A stretch of 52,361 nucleotides of DNA, from positions 36,143,372-36,195,732 of the forward strand of contig NC_069000.1 of NCBI RefSeq assembly GCF_001194135.2. Reading direction: 5' to 3'. The notes under the pieces are model-generated. The model was given only the letters and a program-made list of their open reading frames with translations, had not been told where the DNA came from and did not search any database. The translations under genes were made by a program, and so were the position numbers. Below are positions 12,724 to 27,475 of this stretch, in pieces; position 1 is the stretch's first letter, and each line of letters starts with the position of its first letter. This DNA comes from Octopus bimaculoides. Lineage: Eukaryota.

Positions 12724-13965
12724 TGTTATTAAGGTGGAGAGCTGACAGAACTGTTAGTATGCCAGACAAGATGCTTAATGGCATTTTGTCTGTCTTTACA
12801 TTCTTAGTTCAAATTCCACTGAGGTTAGCTTTGCCTTTCATCATTTCCAAGTACTGGGGTTAAGGGTGTTGACTTGCTCCTTTCCACAAAACTGTATCTA
12901 TAGTAGAAAGAATTCTTCTTCTTCTTCTTCTTCTTCTTCTTCTTCTTCTTCTTCTTCTTCTTCTTCTTCTTCTTCTTCAACAATATGAAGAGCACAATGA
13001 AATTGCAATAGATATTTTATTGGTTGAACATGGTCATTATACTCACGAAAGAGAGGTTTACCCCACTTTACATAATTTTCACTGACAGGAAAGAATATTT
13101 GACATAATTCATCACCAACCTTTAACCCTTTAGCATTCACATTACTCTTGCAAATATGATGCTTATTTATTCACATTGTTTTAAATTAATCATGCATTAT
13201 CTCATAACTTTGAGATTTTTATGATGTAATTGTTTATTTCCAGAATGAGATTGTAGGATAGGTGTGAGAGGCCAGATTTGGCTGATTTGAACATAAAACA
13301 GGTAGAATATTTTGGACAGTTATGGCTGGTTTAAATGCTAAAGGGTTAATAACACCACCTGGTCTTTCATCATCTTGATTCCTCAGACTTACAGGGTTGG
13401 TTACATGGTTTCCATGACATATAAGTGACTGAGATCACAATATTTCTCCTGAACAAGACACCAGTCTATTGCAGTTATTCATCTGTAGCTGAGTGAACTG
13501 GAGCAATATGAAATAATGTGCTTTACTTAAGAACACAACACACCACCCAGTCTGGGAAGTGAAACCAGTTGTGAGTGCAACAGCCTAACCACTAGGCCAT
13601 GTTCCTTCCCTCCACATGATCTTTGGACATTGACATATCCCTCAACAAGGAGATAAGTCTTTCACAATCAATACAAAGCTGCATGTTGCTACTAACAATA
13701 GAAGTGGTCAATATATGTTGCTCTGGGCAATAAATACAGTCAACAGAAATTGATCCGTCAGTGAGCTTGATAAAAAAATGTTAGAGATACTAATAAATAA
13801 TGAAAAGTGGAAGAAAAGGAGTTAGGGGAAAATAGAAAAATAGGTAGAAGTAGGAGAAGGCAAAAATAAAAAAAATGTATCAAGTTACAATAAAAGAAAA
13901 AAATAAACAATGAATAGATAGTCATGGACGCTGCAGAGGCAGCAGCAGTAGGAGTAGTTGTAGTC

Positions 13966-13999
<34 letters not shown>

Positions 14000-14878
14000 C
14001 AGTAGCAGCAGCAGTGATAGTTGTAATATATCTTCTAGGCAGGGCAAACTGCTTAGCAGTATTTTGTCTGTTTTTTATGTTCTGAGTTCAAATTCTGCCA
14101 AGATCAACTTTGCCTTTCATCTTTTCAAGGTTGATAAATTAAGTACCAGTCAAATACTGGGGTCAATGTGATCAATTATCTGCCTCCCCACAAATTTCAG
14201 GCCTTGTGCCTATAGTAGAAAAGAATTATATATGTGTCCAGCTGGTAGAATTCTTAGTACCCCAGACTCAAAATTCACAGAGACCAACATTGCCACCTTT
14301 CATTCTTTGGTGGGGATGGGTTTAATAAAACAAGTAGCAGTCAAGTAGTACAACAATACAAGAATGAATACATGCGTTACTTCAAATCTAATGCTCTGAA
14401 AGTGCAATATTTGGACACACTTACATATGATGTAGTGTGTATGATTCAAACAGTTATTCAAGCTGATATGGTATTGCATGGCTAGTCAGTGAGAAAATAT
14501 GAGAAAAAAAATGTGAAGCGCCAGAACCATTGTTGGATCATGCACAGTACATCTTATATAAGCGTGTCCAAATATTGCAATTTGGAAGCATGAAACTTGA
14601 AGTAGGTCATGTATAACTTATGCGATCCTATCAACTAACGAACAGTATGCTTCGTATATAGTCAGGTCAGTATCATAAATCAAAGAATATAATCAGGTCA
14701 GTGTCATAAATCAAAGAATATAATCTCTGCATTTGAAATATATTAAAACCTTTATTGAACTGTGGTCTTATTGTTTGTTTGTTTTGAGAATAACAGAGAT
14801 ATACATATATACACATACACACATGCATTATGCAAGTATATATATATATGAGTGTGTGTGTATATATATATATATATT

Positions 14879-14913
<35 letters not shown>

Positions 14914-14914
14914 T

Positions 14915-14989
<75 letters not shown>

Positions 14990-15642
14990 AGGATAGGCCA
15001 AAAATCGCACATTAAAACATTTGACATTTTATTTATATTGTGACACTATTGTCATTGATTTGACTCATGTTCGTTCTTATTCCTAATAGAATTTATATGT
15101 GTAGTGGATTACTACCTGTAACCTTAGGTATCCACAAGCTTTCAGTAGTCTTTCAAGTGCTTAAAACCCTCGTGGTAATCTGTCCTGTCCCTAAGAGGCA
15201 AACCTTCTGTAGAACCTCTACAGGACATTCCATTATTGTTATTAAAAAGTGCCTTTCTAGTGTTGGGCCTCACAGAGGCAATGTAGCCAGTGCTAGTGAC
15301 AGGTAACTATCACCTGTGCCGGTGCCGCACGACTAGCACTTTGTGTTGGTGGCACATAAAAGGTACCTTTTGAGCATTGGGTCTCACGGAGGCAATGACA
15401 AATGGCCAAGACCTTCAGCAATATGAAATCACAGTCATGGTAGATTCATGTGTCGTGCAACTGGTACTTGTGCCAGTGGCACATGAAAGCACCCATTACA
15501 CTCTTGGAGAGGTTGGTGTTAGGAAGGGTATCCAGCCATGGGTTCCATGCCAAATCAGACTGGAGTCTGGTACAGCCTCTCAGCTTGCCAGCCCTGGTTA
15601 AACTGTCCAACCTATGCTAGCATGGACAATGGATGTTAAATG

Positions 15643-15683
<41 letters not shown>

Positions 15684-17240
15684 TTTTGTTCATCATATAC
15701 AAGTACATGTGCATTCATTATTTTACTTATTTTATTCAATTTTAGAAAAATTGAAGCATGTCTTTGATAAACTTCTGAACATATTGAACTTATTTTGTGC
15801 ATGTGGTTTGGTCCACCCTGTACATATATCTTTATGTATTTATATACACACACTATATACATATATACATTTGTTTATCTCTATATACATATGCATACAC
15901 ACAAACCTTATATGTGTTGTGTATGTGTTTGTGTGTAATTAACCATCTTGTTCTTTCTGTGACAGTTAGACAACAATTCTATTCGTGATGACAACACCAA
16001 ACCCTTCATCCAACTGTGTTTAGGCCATAGCACCCTCATGCTACTCTCTTTACAGGTATGTAATACAGTGAGGTCTAATTGATTGATTTCATTACTACTC
16101 TTTCTCTTCATTCTTCCAGAACTTTCCAAATTCATCACCATACGTCATTCATAATTTCTCTCTTTGCATTGTTAGTATGTTATTACTTGTGGAGGCGCAA
16201 TGGCCCAGTGGTTAGGGCAGCGGACTCGCGGTCATAGGATCGTGGTTTCGATTCCCAGACCGGGCGTTGTTAGTGTTTATTGAGCGAAAACACCTAAAGT
16301 TCCACAAGGCTCCGGCAGGGGATGGTGGTGAACCCTGCTGTACTCTTCCACTACAACTTTCTCTCACTCTTACTTCCTGTTTCTGTTGTGCCTGTAATTC
16401 AAAGGGTCAGCCTTGTCACACTCTATGTCACGCTGAATATCCCCGAGAACTACATTAAGGGTACATGTGTCTGTGGAGTGCTCAGCCACTTGCACGTTAA
16501 TTTCACGAGCAGGCTGTTCCGTTGATCAGATCAAGTGGAACCCTCGACATCGTAAGCGACGAAGTGCCAACAACAATGTTATTACTTACTGTCGTGAGAA
16601 GTTGGTGAGATGGCAGAATTGTTAGTATGCTGGGGAAAATGTTTAGTGGTGTTTCATCTGGTTCTTCATGTTCTTGGTTCAAGAACTGCTGAGGTTGACT
16701 TTGCTGTTTGTCCTTTATTGTGGTGGAGGGTGGGGGGAAAAAAAATTAGTACCAGTTGAGCAATGGGGGAAATGTAATTCATTAGCTCCCTCCTCCAAAA
16801 TTTCAGGCTTTGTGCTTATAGTTGAAAGAATTAGAAAGGCAGTGAGCTGGCAGAATCATTAGCACACCAGACAAAATGTATAGCAGCATTACTTCCAGAT
16901 CTTTATGTTTTGAGTACAAACATGGCCACGGTCAAATGTGATGCTTCCAGTCATGTGGTACTGGCAACAGCCAGGCTTAAAATGGTGATTTTTACATGCC
17001 ACCTGCACAGGAGCCAGTCCAGCAGCACTGGCAACGACCTTTCTCGAATGTTTTTTTTCACATGGCATAAGTGTCAGTAAGGCAACGCTGGTAACGATTC
17101 CGCTCAAATGGTGCTATTTACGTGCCACTGGCATGGAAGCCAGACAGCTGCTCTGGCAATGATCACGCTCGGACAGTGCTGTTAGCGCTGCACTGGTACA
17201 GGTGCTAGTCATTGAATTTGGTTCAATTGCGATTTCGATT

Positions 17241-17274
<34 letters not shown>

Positions 17275-18267
17275 AGGCAGTGAGCTGGCAGAATCATTAG
17301 CATGCCAGGCAAAATGCTTAGCAGCATCTCATCTATCTTTATATTGAGTTCAAATTCTGCTGAGGCTCATTTTGCTTTTCATTCTTTCCTGGTTGATAAA
17401 ATAAGTACCAGTTGAGCACTGGGGTCAGTGTAGTTGACTTCCTCACTACCCTGAAATTGCTGGCCTTGTACCAAAATTTGAAACCAATATTTGTTCCAAA
17501 GATCATCTTAAAAACGACTAAGTTATTTTTACCAATCACCTTGATATAACATAAACGTGATTGTTAAATTAATTATCTTTAACAGGGTGTTCACGTTAAC
17601 AAAAAGACATCTTTTCAAATTGAGGAAATGCAATATATTGCATCAGAAGAAACTGCTACAACAAAAATTGTGCTGCACAATGATTGTAATGATATGCATG
17701 TGGTAAATGAAACAGTTAAGTGTCATTTTATTCTGATTTACATATTGGTTAATTTTCCTTACTCATATTGCACACAGATATGGCCATTTGGTTCAGTTAC
17801 AATATACGGAACCTTATCTTGATCCTTAGAACCCTCCACTCCCCATTTATCAAATATGTTAGCATTCTTTTTTACTATTCCCTCACTTTAGTAGTTCTTC
17901 TCCTTGGCATAGCTGCACGGTTAAGAGGCTCACGTTGCAATGATATGGTTTTGGGTCCGGTTCAACTGCGCAGCACCTTGTCTTCTTCTATAACCACAGA
18001 CCAACCATTTCCTTGTGAGGGAATTTGGTGGACAGAAAACTGTGTAGAAACCCATCACACACACACACACACACACACATTATTCTTTTATTTATTTCAG
18101 TCATTTTGATTGCAGCCATGCTTAGAGCACTACCTTTAATCAAACAAATCAACCTCAGAGCTTATTCTTTGTAAGCCTAGTATTTATTCTATCAGTCTCT
18201 TTTCCCGAACTGCTAAGTTATGGGTATGTAAACACACCAACATCAGTTGTTAAATAATGGTGGGGGA

Positions 18268-18339
<72 letters not shown>

Positions 18340-21300
18340 NNNNNNNNNNNNNNNNNNNNNNNNNNNNNNNNNNNNNNNNNNNNNNNNNNNNNNNNNNNNN
18401 NNNNNNNNNNNNNNNNNNNNNNNNNNNNNNNNNNNNNNNNNNNNNNNNNNNNNNNNNNNNNNNNNNNNNNNNNNNNNATCAAGCAAAGAATGAGGAGTGC
18501 TTTGGTCTAAAATGGACCAAACAGAAAAATCCTACGGGTTGAGAGCAGAGTTTCTTGAGGGCCATGTTCTTAGTGTATGTGTAAAATTTGAATGAAATCA
18601 GTTTGGTAGTTCTAGAATTTTAGTGATGCACACATCCAGATACACACACACATTCTCAATTTTATATATATGTAAGAACGACCGTGCGAACCCAAAAGGA
18701 GAAATGGTGATGAATGGAAAAACAAGGCTCCTTTCTTAAACGCGTCACACGGTCGAACACAAAATATATCAAAGATGATATATAAATATGTTATACTTCG
18801 ATAACATAGTGAATTCGTAAATGCCAGTAATGAAGACGATAGAACACAACCGTATGAAGTTGAATAACAGTAATATTTATTGTTGCATTAAAATGTTTGT
18901 CTGTTTGTGAGTGTGAGTGCGACATAATAAAACATAGTAAAAGACAGGCTGTCATGTAAAGAACAGAGTGTGTGTAAGTGATACATGTATGTGTATGCGT
19001 GAGATACAGCAGATAGAAAAAGAGTCCGTAACACATATAAGAATTTGCCGGTTCTTAGAGTACACAATAGTAAGAGTCTGTATGTAAGAAGTTGAGGCAT
19101 GTGGGGCAGATCGATCACACGTCTTGATGTTAGGGCTTCCATGCCGGGCCGGGTTCTTGTATACAGTTGTTCTTCGCAGGCTGGGGTTCTTGTCTGTTGT
19201 CTATCGTGGCGAAGGTGAATCGCACAAACAAAGTTAGAAGTTCTGCGGTAGTTTGGTTAGCTTGTGTACGTAGAAGTCATATTGATGCTGTTGGCGAGGA
19301 CAATGCTGGTAGTCGTAGTGTCGTGTTGACTGTCGAATCTTGTAGTTCGTAGTTGAAGTGGTGTTGACGTCGTCGCTGGAAATTGCTGCTGCTGCTCTGT
19401 GTGGTACACGAAACAGGTCTCTAAGAGATCTGAACCGAGACGAATTTGCCGGGTATAATTTAGTCTATTTAAAGCAAAATAGGGGCTCCAGAGAGGCATT
19501 AGAAAAACATTATCACATGACCTTATTAAGGGCTGTGATTGGTCAGTTTGCATTCTGGCGGGAACGGTACGAAGCAGTTGCCGCTTCAAATAATAATCAG
19601 TCACGTGATGGATACAGTAGGCTGCTCTTTACTACGCCCGAACTTGAATATATTTATAACAGCGAGAGAAGATGGTTTGTTTGTATATAATGGCGATAGG
19701 TAGTTTCACTACATATATATATATATAGATAGATAGATAATGATAATAATAATAATAATAATCCTTTCTGCTTTTGGCATANNNNNNNNNNNNNNNNNNN
19801 NNNNNNNNNNNNNNNNNNNNNNNNNNNNNNNNNNNNNNNNNNNNNNNNNNNNNNNNNNNNNNNNNNNNNNNNNNNNNNNNNNNNNNNNNNNNNNNNNNNN
19901 NNNNNNNNNNNNNNNNNNNNNNNNNNNNNNNNNNNNNNNNNNNNNNNNNNNNNNNNNNNNNNNNNNNNNNNNNNNNNNNNNNNNNNNNNNNNNNNNNNNN
20001 NNNNNNNNNNNNNNNNNNNNNNNNNNNNNNNNNNNNNNNNNNNNNNNNNNNNNNNNNNNNNNNNNNNNNNNNNNGTGTTGATAGTATGTAGAGGTCTGAT
20101 CAAAAAGTATTGAAACTAGTGACATAAAAAGAAAACTACAACATTTAAACTCCTTCAAAGCAGTCCCCTTCTCCTGAAGCCACACACTTTATCCAGTGTC
20201 GTTTCCATTCCTGGAACTCCATTTTTGGGGGGATAGAGAACAGCTGGCTTGTTGTGTTTTCTTGAAGTTCTTTGATATCTTGAAATCTTGCTCCTTTGAG
20301 CTGGATTTAATTTTTAGAAAAAGGAAAAGAGGGGAAAATGCAGGTATCGCCAAGCTTTTGGCAAAATTTGATGCAGATTCTCTGCTCAATTTTTTCTGCT
20401 ATTGTCACTGTGGTAGAGTGAGATGACCACATTCTACACAGTTTACATCCAAGTAAACAGCAGAATTGAGTGAGAGCATTATAACTTAATGTTCATGTGC
20501 AACAAAGTCTAAGGTCAATCTATGCCAAGCAGCTTCACCCTGCGTACTTTAGCTCTGTTACTATAGCAACAGTTACGATACGTTTTGGTCAGAACTTCTA
20601 TGTAAGAAGTGTGTATGTGTACATATATAAATAGCTCTCTCTTGTGTCATGGTATATTCATGCTTTGACGAATCATGGCTTGTTCCTCCTCCATTTATTT
20701 CTGTCTCTCATAACATCACTCAGGTCTTTCTCGCTCTGCACATTCAATCTCTTCTTCATCCAATCAAAATTCTTCATCCAATCAAAATTCTTCATTCTCT
20801 GCCTTCCTCTCGCTCCATTTCCATCATCCTCTCTGAGAAAATGACCAACAAATCTCCACTCTCTCTCTCTGATAGTCTCCATCAACTCTCTCTTTACTTT
20901 CATCTTCTTCAACACTTCAACATTCGTCACTCTCTGTCCCCACGAGATTCTAAGCATTTTTCTATAAAACCACATTTCTGCAGCTTTGAGTCTCTTCTCC
21001 ATGACTCTGCTTATCGTCCAAGACTCACATCCATACATTAGCACCAACCAGATGTAGCACTTCAATAGTCTTTTCTTGACTTCCATTTCAATTCTCTTTG
21101 CACAAAAAATGCTCCTCATATCCATAAAAGTCTTCTTTTTGAAGTAAGAGGATCCTGCCCTGAAAGAGATTAGAATTGTGTACTTCTTTGAAATTAATAA
21201 ATGTCTTTCCTGATAAGGTCTCAAAACTTCTGAAATGCACCATATATATGTATGTTTGTCATTATTCAGTTTCATTTCAAGATTTCTTACCAATAGAAAA

Positions 21301-22736
21301 AGAGCCAGTTTCTAACCTAGATCAAGGTTCCTTTATTGAAATTTCAACAACATCAACAGGGTATTTTGTTTGTTTGTGTGTGTGTATGATTGTGTGTGTG
21401 TGTGAAGATTTGTATGTTTTGTTTTATGTATCTATTCTCAATCATATAGTTGCATGTCTAGACATGCTCATATATGCTTAAATGATAAACTTCTGGAAAG
21501 TTTTACAGATTTTTACAGTTCCAGTGATGGCTTGGATCTGTAGTCTTCAGATTAGCTTTCTCCTTTCTGGTTTTGAGAAGCCTAATTTCTCAAGATTGGT
21601 ATTTAGGCAGTGTGTCATATATCCCAGTACCCCAATGTATGTGTGTCTGTTTATGTGTGTGTTTGTGTAGGTGTAGGAGTGGCTATGTGGTAAGTAGCTT
21701 GCTTATGAACCACATGGTTCCAGGTTCTGTCCCACTGGATGGCACCTTGGGCAAGTGTCTTCTACTATAGCCTCGGGCCAACCAAAGCCTTGTGAGTGGA
21801 TTTGGTAGACGGAAACTGAAAGAAGCCCATCGTATATATATATATATGTATGTATGTGTTTGTGTGTCTGTGTTTGTCCCCCCAACATCGCTTGACAACC
21901 GATGCTGGTGTGTTTACATCCCCGTAGCTTAGCAGTTCGGCAAAAGAGACCGATAGAATAAGTACCAGGCTTCCAAAGAATAAATCCTGGGGTCGATTTG
22001 CTCAACTAAAAGGCAGTGCTCCAACATGGCTGTAGTCAAATGACTCAAACAAGTAAAAGAGTATGTGAGTCTTTGTGTTTGTACACCCACCATCACTTGA
22101 CAAGTAGTGTTGGTCTGTTTACATTCTTGTAATTAAGCAGTTTGGCAAAAGAGGCTGATAGAATAAGTACTAGACTTCCTTTCAAAGCAGTGCCCCAGCA
22201 TGACCACTGTCCAATGGCTAAACCAGGTAAAAAACTACACACATGCACTGACTCATATGCTTTGACAGAACAATATATTATTCAGCAATATATTTTTTGA
22301 CTCTATCCATTTCTCTTCTTTATTCATATTGCAGCTTGTCAGGAGCTTCTTGAAGCTACTGTCTGACTTTATTAGACATAATGGTCCCAGCCTTGAGGCA
22401 TCTTTCAAGTCTATTGATAAAAGCAAAAATGGCTATCTTGGGTTAGAGACAACAATGCTGTGTTTGGAGAAGACAGGATTTTATATACCATTGGTAAGAG
22501 AAAAGTGACTTTCAAAGAAACATTTACGTTTATTCATTAGCAAGAATGTATGCAACAACAATCTCTTGTCTGCATTGATATATTAGTGTGGTTAAGAAGT
22601 TTGCTTTGCGACAAGATAGTTTTGTATTCAATTCCAATGCACACTATATAGGACAAGTGTATTCATTCATAGTGTCCAATTGACCATCACATTGTCGATG
22701 AGATTTGGCAAACAGAAACTGTGCAGAAGCCCATGG

Positions 22737-22779
<43 letters not shown>

Positions 22780-24385
22780 NNNNNNNNNNNNNNNNNNNNN
22801 NNNNNNNNNNNNNNNNNNNNNNNNNNNNNNNNNNNNNNNNNNNNNNNNNNNNNNNNNNNNNNNNNNNNNNNNNNNNNNNTATATACACACACACATACAT
22901 GTGTGTGTACAACTATGTTACATGGTAGTGAAACATGGGCTTTGACTATAGAGGACTTGCAAAGGCTTGAAAGAAGTGAAGCTAGTATGCTCTGCTGGAT
23001 GTGTAATGCCAGTGTGCATGCACAACAGAGTGTAAATGAAGATGAAAACTGTGTATAAGAAGCATCAGGTGTTGTGTGCAAGAGAGAAGACTGCACTGGT
23101 TTGGTCATGTAATGCATATGGATGAGGAGAGCTTGATAAAGGAATGCCGGGCTCTAATTGTGGTGGGTCCTTATGGAAAGGGTAAACCCAAGAAGATGTG
23201 GGACGATGTGGTGTGAAAGGATCCTTGGATGTTGGGCCTCACTGAGGAAATGACAAGGGGCTGGGAGATGTGATAATTTGCTGTACTTGCTAAGATATTT
23301 CAAGATAAGTAAAATCGCTGTCTTCCACACATCCAAGCTTGTTTTTTCAAGTGCCAGTATCATTCAAAAAGCACTCCTATTGGTGGTGCGTAGATGCACC
23401 CATGCCGGTAGCATGTAAAAAGTACCCAGCACACTCTGTTAAGTGGTTGGCATTAGGAAGGGCATCCAGCCATAGAAACCATGCCACAACAGACAGTTGG
23501 CATCTGGACAGCTTCCTACTAGCCAACTCCATGTCAAACTGTCCAACCCATGCCAATGTTAAATGATGATAATGATACATGTAAGTGTGTCTGTACATAT
23601 ATGTGTGTGTGTGTGTGTGTGTGTGAGGGGGTGCGTGTGTGTGTCTGTATATATGTGTGTGTGTGTATGTATGTATATATANNNNNNNNNNNNNNNNNNN
23701 NNNNNNNNNNNNNNNNNNNNNNNNNNNNNNNNNNNNNNNNNNNNNNNNNNNNNNNNNNNNNNNNNNNNNNNNNNNNNNNNNNNNNNNNNNNNNNNNNNNN
23801 NNNNNNNNNNNNNNNNNNNNNNNNNNNNNNNNNNNNNNNNNNNNNNNNNNNNNNNNNNNNNNNNNNNNNNNNNNNNNNNNNNNNNNNNNNNNNNNNNNNN
23901 NNNNNNNNNNNNNNNNNNNNNNNNNNNNNNNNNNNNNNNNNNNNNNNNNNNNNNNNNNNNNNNNNNNNNNNNNNNNNNNNNNNNNNNNNNNNNNNNNNNN
24001 NNNNNNNNNNNNNNNNNNNNNNNNNNNNNNNNNNNNNNNNNNNNNNNNNNNNNNNNNNNNNNNNNNNNNNNNNNNNNNNNNNNNNNNNNNNNNNNNNNNN
24101 NNNNNNNNNNNNNNNNNNNNNNNNNNNNNNNNNNNNNNNNNNNNNNNNNNNNNNNNNNNNNNNNNNNNNNNNNNNNNNNNNNNNNNNNNNNNNNNNNNNN
24201 NNNNNNNNNNNNNNNNNNNNNNNNNNNNNNNNNNNNNNNNNNNNNNNNNNNNNNNNNNNNNNNNNNNNNNNNNNNNNNNNNNNNNNNNNNNNNNNNNNNN
24301 NNNNNNNNNNNNNNNNNNNNNNNNNNNNNNNNNNNNNNNNNNNNNNNNNNNNNNNNNNNNNNNNNNNNNNNNNNNNNNNNNNNNN

Positions 24386-24434
<49 letters not shown>

Positions 24435-27400
24435 TGTTGTATTTGGGGATGGTCATATTGCCAGTTTAGCCAATAAAAACACACACACATATATTATATG
24501 ATTGTATGTATAGACAGATAGATATATTGATGGATAAGTGTGAGTGTATACGTATTTCAGTTTTACCTATTTTTCTAAATTGACGCAAAAAGGTTGACCT
24601 AAGATTTGAATAAGATTTTATTACTCTTTAGAATAATAAGTTCATTGATGCAGATATTTTATGAGAATAAATTGAGATATTTTAAAATTTCTTTAGAATT
24701 GTCAAAGAAAAGAAATAGAGTGTGAGCATTTGAATGAATCTTTCATTGTGTAAGAAATAGGAGGTACACAAATAGCTATGTATATGTAGATATATGCATG
24801 TAAATATGTGTGTATGAATGTATGTGGGTGTATGAGCATAGTTTTATTTGTATTTAAGTATCTAGTTGTTTATGTTTACATGTGTGTATGCATGTGTGTG
24901 TATACCTACGTTTATTTTAGTTGTGTATGTATAATTGTCTGTTGTGATGTATATATGTGAACATGAATTTTTCATGTATGTATATATATATATATATATG
25001 GTGATGATGATGATGGCAATCCACTCATGAGCAAAGAAGACCATCACCTATGCAAGATGTCTACAAGGACCGTTCTAAGTAGTATTGTGTTCATGGTCAG
25101 CTCTATTCAGATTCGCAGCTGTGGCTTTCATGCTCGCTGCAGTGCCCTCCTATTGACCAGACATCGTAAATGACTCTCACCTAGTGATTGTACAACCTAC
25201 AATTTTAAATCCAATATGGCTTGGCTGACCCCGCACACATCCTTTCCACCCTATTGACATGAGCCAAAGACAAGCCAGGACAAGGTATCCGCTGTCAATG
25301 TGGGCCGCAGGCTGAACGTGGGGGCACTATGATCCCTTGTGCAAGCAAAACAACCCCCNNNNNNNNNNNNNNNNNNNNNNNNNNNNNNNNNNNNNNNNNN
25401 NNNNNNNNNNNNNNNNNNNNNNNNNNNNNNNNNNNNNNNNNNNNNNNNNNNNNNNNNNNNNNNNNNNNNNNNNNNNNNNNNNNNNNNNNNNNNNNNNNNN
25501 NNNNNNNNNNNNNNNNNNNNNNNNNNNNNNNNNNNNNNNNNNNNNNNNNNNNNNNNNNNNNNNNNNNNNNNNNNNNNNNNNNNNNNNNNNNNNNNNNNNN
25601 NNNNNNNNNNNNNNNNNNNNNNNNNNNNNNNNNNNNNNNNNNNNNNNNNNNNNNNNNNNNNNNNNNNNNNNNNNNNNNNNNNNNNNNNNNNNNNNNNNNN
25701 NNNNNNNNNNNNNNNNNNNNNNNNNNNNNNNNNNNNNNNNNNNNNNNNNNNNNNNNNNNATATATATATATATATATATATATATAGGTTAGCTGGGAAG
25801 TTAGTTTTTGTTTGTGGCAGATGTTCAGGTGCAATAAAGACTGTAAAGCAATCTTCTTAGCCAAACAGCATGATTTTTAGAAAAAAAAATCATTTTGTGG
25901 TAGGCGGTATGACTTTGCAGTCTGTCTAAACTGGGAAGATTGTCGTTGACTAAGGTAGAGTTTGATCTCAGATTATAAAGGGCCAGGGCAATCTACTATC
26001 ATCAGCATAAAGGTGTGTGGCTTAGTAGCTAAGGTCATGGTTGTAAGTGGTTAAGGTCATGAATTAAAAAAAACAGCATTGTCCAGTTCACACAGCTGGC
26101 AAAAACGAGTTGTACTTCTCACATTCTGTATCATGCTGAATCTTCCTGAGAACTGCACTAAGGGTACATGTGAGTGTATATATAGGTGCAGCCATGGCTT
26201 TGTTTTAAGCTCACGTCCCAGCCATGTGGTTTTGAGTTCAGTCCTACTGTGTGGCACCTTGGGAAAGTGTCTTCTATTGTAGCTCTGGGTTGTGAGTGGA
26301 TTTGGTAGACAGAAAGTGACTAAGAAGAGCCTATCATTACGCATGTGTGTATGTATGCATGTATGTGTGTATATATATTCATATTACCCTCATCTTCATG
26401 GGTATTCACTGTTATTGTAAACAATAATGATGTCCATTTGCTTGCAGTCGACTATGAAAGCAAGTCTGGGCTTCTTGACATGTTAGGCAGCCTTTGTAAA
26501 CAAAAGACCCGTTCATATGGTGTTGTTTATATCTAGTTCTCCACATAGTCATGTCCAAACCGTTAGTTGCCCATTACCCCAGGAGGTTGTTGTAGTTAGT
26601 GCCAGGAAGGCCATAGAAAACTGCTCCAGTGTACACTTGTCTGGCCCATGCCAGCATAGAAAGGTAGCTGTTAAAACAATAGTGGTGTGTGTGCGCGCGC
26701 ATGCGTGCGTGCGTGCGTGCATGTGTGTGTGTAGGAGCAATGCACAATGCCAAGGCTTTTGACTTGAGCTAAATGCAAGCTACTTGCAATTCTTGTCAAA
26801 GAATCTGCATAAATGGAGTCAGGACAGGCTAGTTAGCGCTTACTTTAAGTCATATAATGTGTTACAATGAAGTCAAACCAAATATTTTCAAGCGTTTAAA
26901 ATGTACATTTCAGATCTTGTGTAATATATAATAGGAAATACATCACTTTACACAATATCTTCTTCTGTTACTATATTACAAAATATTAAATGCTTTCAAA
27001 ATATCATTTATTTGGTTTGACTTAGTTATTAGTTTGTGTGTGTGTGTGTGTTTTTGACTACTACGTTTTCTGCATATTGAGCAGTCTTTTCCCTGATAAC
27101 AAAATCTTGTCCTTTCTACTTACTATGACTTTGGTCTTTGGAGGTTGACTCCAAATACTCAAAATTGTATGTTTGGCTTCTGCCTCTTAGTGTAGAAGTG
27201 GATTTCTTCACTAAATCAAGCATTGACACAGCTGCAACAACTAGGGCTCAGTACATTATAGTTTTCATGAACTGCAAGTCTAAAACTCCTCACAGTTTGG
27301 AGAACTACAATAAATAGAAAGGGGTCGTCCAACATGCCATAAAGCAGGACTGAATCTGAGACCATATGGTTGGGAAGAAAGCTCCTCACTCACACAGCCA

Positions 27401-27475
27401 TACCTACACCTTATATTTCAGGAAGAGAAGTGAACCATTGCTATCCCTTTTAAATTAGTTGAACCATTGCTATCC

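Noticed and set aside
14673-15043. ORFs rich in YI, CV, HT, RE or poly-E/I (also 12898, 15640, 18243, 49964)
   Set aside because: These are translations of (TA)n, (TG)n, (GA)n and trinucleotide microsatellites.
16191-16262. tRNA gene-like sequences (also 21670, 40150-40225, 43161, 4633)
   Set aside because: They have A and B boxes but no complete acceptor stem and continue into repeat bodies, so they are SINE heads, not tRNA genes.
26446-26536. Alternative LRR-gene exon candidate ([16 protein letters not shown]...)
   Set aside because: The open frame needs phase 1, while the upstream exon ends in phase 0.
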